Origin: a bacterium
Lineage (GTDB): Bacteria > JAJVIF01
Reading direction: 5' to 3'
Assembly: GCA_022072165.1 (NCBI GenBank)
Contig: JAJVIF010000002.1
Span: 176,221-240,220, forward strand
DNA length: 64,000 nt
How positions within the stretch are numbered: the first letter of the stretch is position 1; each line of letters opens with the position of its first letter. The notes beneath the pieces were generated by a model. It was given only the letters and a program-made list of their open reading frames with translations. It was not told the DNA's origin and did not search any database. The position numbers and the translations under genes were made by a program. Positions 62,750 to 64,000 of the stretch are shown here, piece by piece.

Positions 62750-63426
62750 TCCCGACTCGCCCTGTGAGCGAAGCAGGTGCGGTTCTTCCCTGGGAGAACG
62801 GCCCCTCCTCCTCCACCCCTGCAGCGATTTACTGGTGGACCGATGCACAGGGACTCTGGTTCGACTGCCAGGCGGCCCGGTTCATCGATGGCACCGCTCC
62901 CCGGACAACCGGGTTCTATCGCTGGGACTCGATCGCCCAGGTGCAGCAGCAGCGAGTCGCGCACATGCCTGTTGGGGCCGAATATGACTACGCACGTCGG
63001 CGACACACCACCATCCCTACCACGCCACCGCAGATTGCCTCCGCCATCAGTGAGTACTGGGAGCAGTGCATCGAGTCCCGGATTCTGGACTATGTGCGTG
63101 AAGCGGGCAGCCCGCCAACGGATATGGACCAGATCTTCGCTGCTCAGGGAGTCGCCCTGATGCCATCGACTATCGAGGTGAGTGCTCTTGGGGTTTTAGG
63201 CAACACGGGAGCTGCAGGTGACCAGATGTTGGTCCTGCAGTACGACCCCGTGTGGTCTCAAATCGCCCTGATCCGCTGGAGCGCTACAGGGCATCACGTT
63301 GGCCGCCTGCTGCGGCTGACTCTCACCTCCGATGGTGCGACTGCCAGCTTCCATGCATTGCGGGAAGTCGGATCGCTGGATCCGGCGTTGGTCTATCGGG
63401 CCTGGCGAGTCCCCGGCAGCCTGTAA
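62671..63426 (+). CDS. hypothetical protein (start uncertain; frame is open from 62626)
   Basis: 251 aa with protein-like composition. The track start is GTG with no obvious SD. See the frameshift finding. Confidence 0.5.
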   Translation: MLRAAALWTHMEGSPQVDSRFWEAGLIPTRPVSEAGAVLPWENGPSSSTPAAIYWWTDAQGLWFDCQAARFIDGTAPRTTGFYRWDSIAQVQQQRVAHMPVGAEYDYARRRHTTIPTTPPQIASAISEYWEQCIESRILDYVREAGSPPTDMDQIFAAQGVALMPSTIEVSALGVLGNTGAAGDQMLVLQYDPVWSQIALIRWSATGHHVGRLLRLTLTSDGATASFHALREVGSLDPALVYRAWRVPGSL

Positions 63427-63565
63427 CCGCGCAGCATGCTTACAGTCGCCAGTCGTCAGCATCGTGAGGAGTTTTGTACGATATCGTCAGCCGAGAGGCT
63501 GACGTTTCGTTCGTCCAACCAGCCTACCGGCGGACGTATCGTCGGGTAGATCGAAGGAGGATCGC

Positions 63566-63817
63566 ATGGCCTGGCATCGCATTACATCCTGGCGCGGCAA
63601 CTTCGACTGGCTGCGCGCGACCGGGCATCTGTTGTTGCAGACTCCTGATGGCAACTACGACACCACTGCGCTGAAGGCGGAGGAGTTTCACGCACTGGTC
63701 CACCTGCTGCAAACCACCGTCGAGTTGTACACCGATGGAAACGGGAAAATTGTGACCGCCGAAGTCCCTACGGGGTCGCTGGTGCGGCGTCAGCCGACGC
63801 CGCCACATGCACCTTGA
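63566..63817 (+). CDS. hypothetical small protein (83 aa)
   Basis: AAGGAGG lies 5 nt upstream of the ATG. No family recognised. The last 50 nt overlap the convergent pyruvate kinase 3' end. Confidence 0.55.
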   Translation: MAWHRITSWRGNFDWLRATGHLLLQTPDGNYDTTALKAEEFHALVHLLQTTVELYTDGNGKIVTAEVPTGSLVRRQPTPPHAP

Positions 63818-64000
63818 GCAGATTCGTACTCCCCGCCTGACGTATCGGATAACCAGCCGTAAAGAGGAAGCGTTCCCCCGCCTGGAGGAGTCCGGCGCGG
63901 AGGGCCGCATGCTGGGCCGCCCTCAGGAGGTCCTCGGCCGTGGCATCCGGCGACGCTTCCACCACCAGCGGCGTGATGCCGTAGCTGAGCAGCAACTGCC
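63768..64000 (-). CDS. pyk: pyruvate kinase, C-terminal fragment (gene continues beyond the window)
   Basis: ..LLSYGITPLVV..AGERFLFTAGYPIRQAGSTNLLKVHV matches the conserved pyruvate kinase C-terminal domain ending. The reading frame is open to the window edge. Confidence 0.8.
   Translation of the reverse strand, partial: QLLLSYGITPLVVEASPDATAEDLLRAAQHAALRAGLLQAGERFLFTAGYPIRQAGSTNLLKVHVAASADAAPATP

Overview
Visibly GC-rich bacterial chromosomal segment. I saw no rRNA, CRISPR array, transposase, integrase or phage genes. About 55 genes can be supported. Housekeeping genes are recognisable by motif: gltX, alaS, gcvT, thyX, an ABC-F ATPase, mrp/apbC, rimK with its partner protease, two plsC-like acyltransferases, an acyl-CoA dehydrogenase, an initiator tRNA-Met and the 3' end of pyruvate kinase. 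A small envelope-glycan cluster sits at the left edge (epimerase, WecA/MraY-like transferase, GT4 glycosyltransferase, DUF4127-like). The unusual content is a family of large lipoproteins sharing an N-terminal module of roughly 350-400 aa that I cannot assign to any family. Five members form a head-to-tail array at 16350-30066 on the minus strand, each with the architecture N-module + PKD-like domain + degenerate Asp-box-like propeller. A sixth member (36197-38803) carries the same module fused to FG-GAP/VCBS repeats. A seventh (55774-57996) carries it fused to a different beta-rich C-terminus. The seventh sits directly behind a well-formed cobalamin riboswitch and is translationally coupled to a YVTN-like beta-propeller lipoprotein, with no transporter gene nearby. 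At least ten ORFs start with a signal peptide plus lipobox cysteine. Many long ORFs in the six-frame track are antisense shadows typical of high-GC DNA. Several track ORFs are N-terminally over-extended through GTG/TTG starts, and I trimmed those where an ATG plus Shine-Dalgarno and a signal peptide supported it. All homology statements rest on motif recognition by eye; no searches were run.
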